A stretch of DNA of 46,004 nucleotides from Octopus bimaculoides (taxonomy: Eukaryota). The translations under genes and the position numbers were made by a program. The stretch spans positions 11,309,841 through 11,355,844 of the forward strand of contig NC_068989.1 in assembly GCF_001194135.2 (NCBI RefSeq), written 5' to 3'. Under the pieces are notes generated by a model, which worked only from the letters and a program-made list of their open reading frames with translations, made no database searches and was not told the origin of the DNA. Below, piece after piece: positions 45,663 through 46,004 of this stretch. Positions within the stretch are counted from its first letter, which is position 1; every line of letters begins with the position of its first letter.

Positions 45663-45823
45663 TGGGGTACATATTACCTTGCTTGGAAACAGGCGAGGGT
45701 TGGTGACAGGAAGAGCATTCAACCTTAGAAAACCTACCTCGTAAGTTCAAGCCAACCCCTGCAAGCCATGGAGAAGTGGATGTTATGATGATGATGATGT
45801 TGATGATGACGATGACGATGACA
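45663..45823 (+). mobile_element. Family I with (GAT)n tail
   Basis: ATATTACCTTGCTTGGAAACAGG...GACAGGAAGAGCATTC. Confidence 0.72.
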
Positions 45824-46004
45824 TGAATGTAATAAACAAAAGAAAAAGAAGAAAAATTGATAATCTTTCAAAAATTATAGAAAGATCTTCAACCCAGAAT
45901 ATCTTATTTTTTTGTTTTCCGGTTTTTTTTTGTTTTTGATAAAGCCTTTTGTTTCAGTGGTTTTTTTGGTTTGTTGGCTTGCTTTTTTTTTTTTTTTTTT
46001 TTTT

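Noticed and set aside
45985-46004. Terminal poly-T tract
   Set aside because: Window edge; cannot tell retro-tail from polypyrimidine tract.

Overview
AT-rich, repeat-saturated, essentially non-coding eukaryotic DNA from a gapped draft assembly (5 large and 4 ten-base N gaps). The SINE families and microsatellite load resemble Octopus (recall-based inference). No protein-coding gene can be identified with confidence: nearly all listed ORFs are microsatellite, gap or SINE artefacts, and the window looks like long intron or intergenic DNA with a few candidate small exons. Contents: dozens of copies of at least 6 SINE-like families (my working labels A-F and I; often nested, several with clean TSDs), TTAA/piggyBac-type MITEs, a rearranged mariner remnant and many microsatellites. 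Main results: (1) hammerhead-ribozyme (HHR) motifs of the Penelope-like-element/retrozyme type in 4-5 unrelated sequence contexts, including an apparently intact type I HHR at 5259-5375 (-) with an unusually long folded stem II, and a 301-bp palindrome whose two arms carry complementarily decayed HHRs; (2) a textbook recursive-splice-site architecture (branch point, poly-Y, AG|GTAAGT, 39-nt RS-exon, GTGAGT) at 37366-37451 (+). All structures were derived by eye; no folding, alignment or database search was run.
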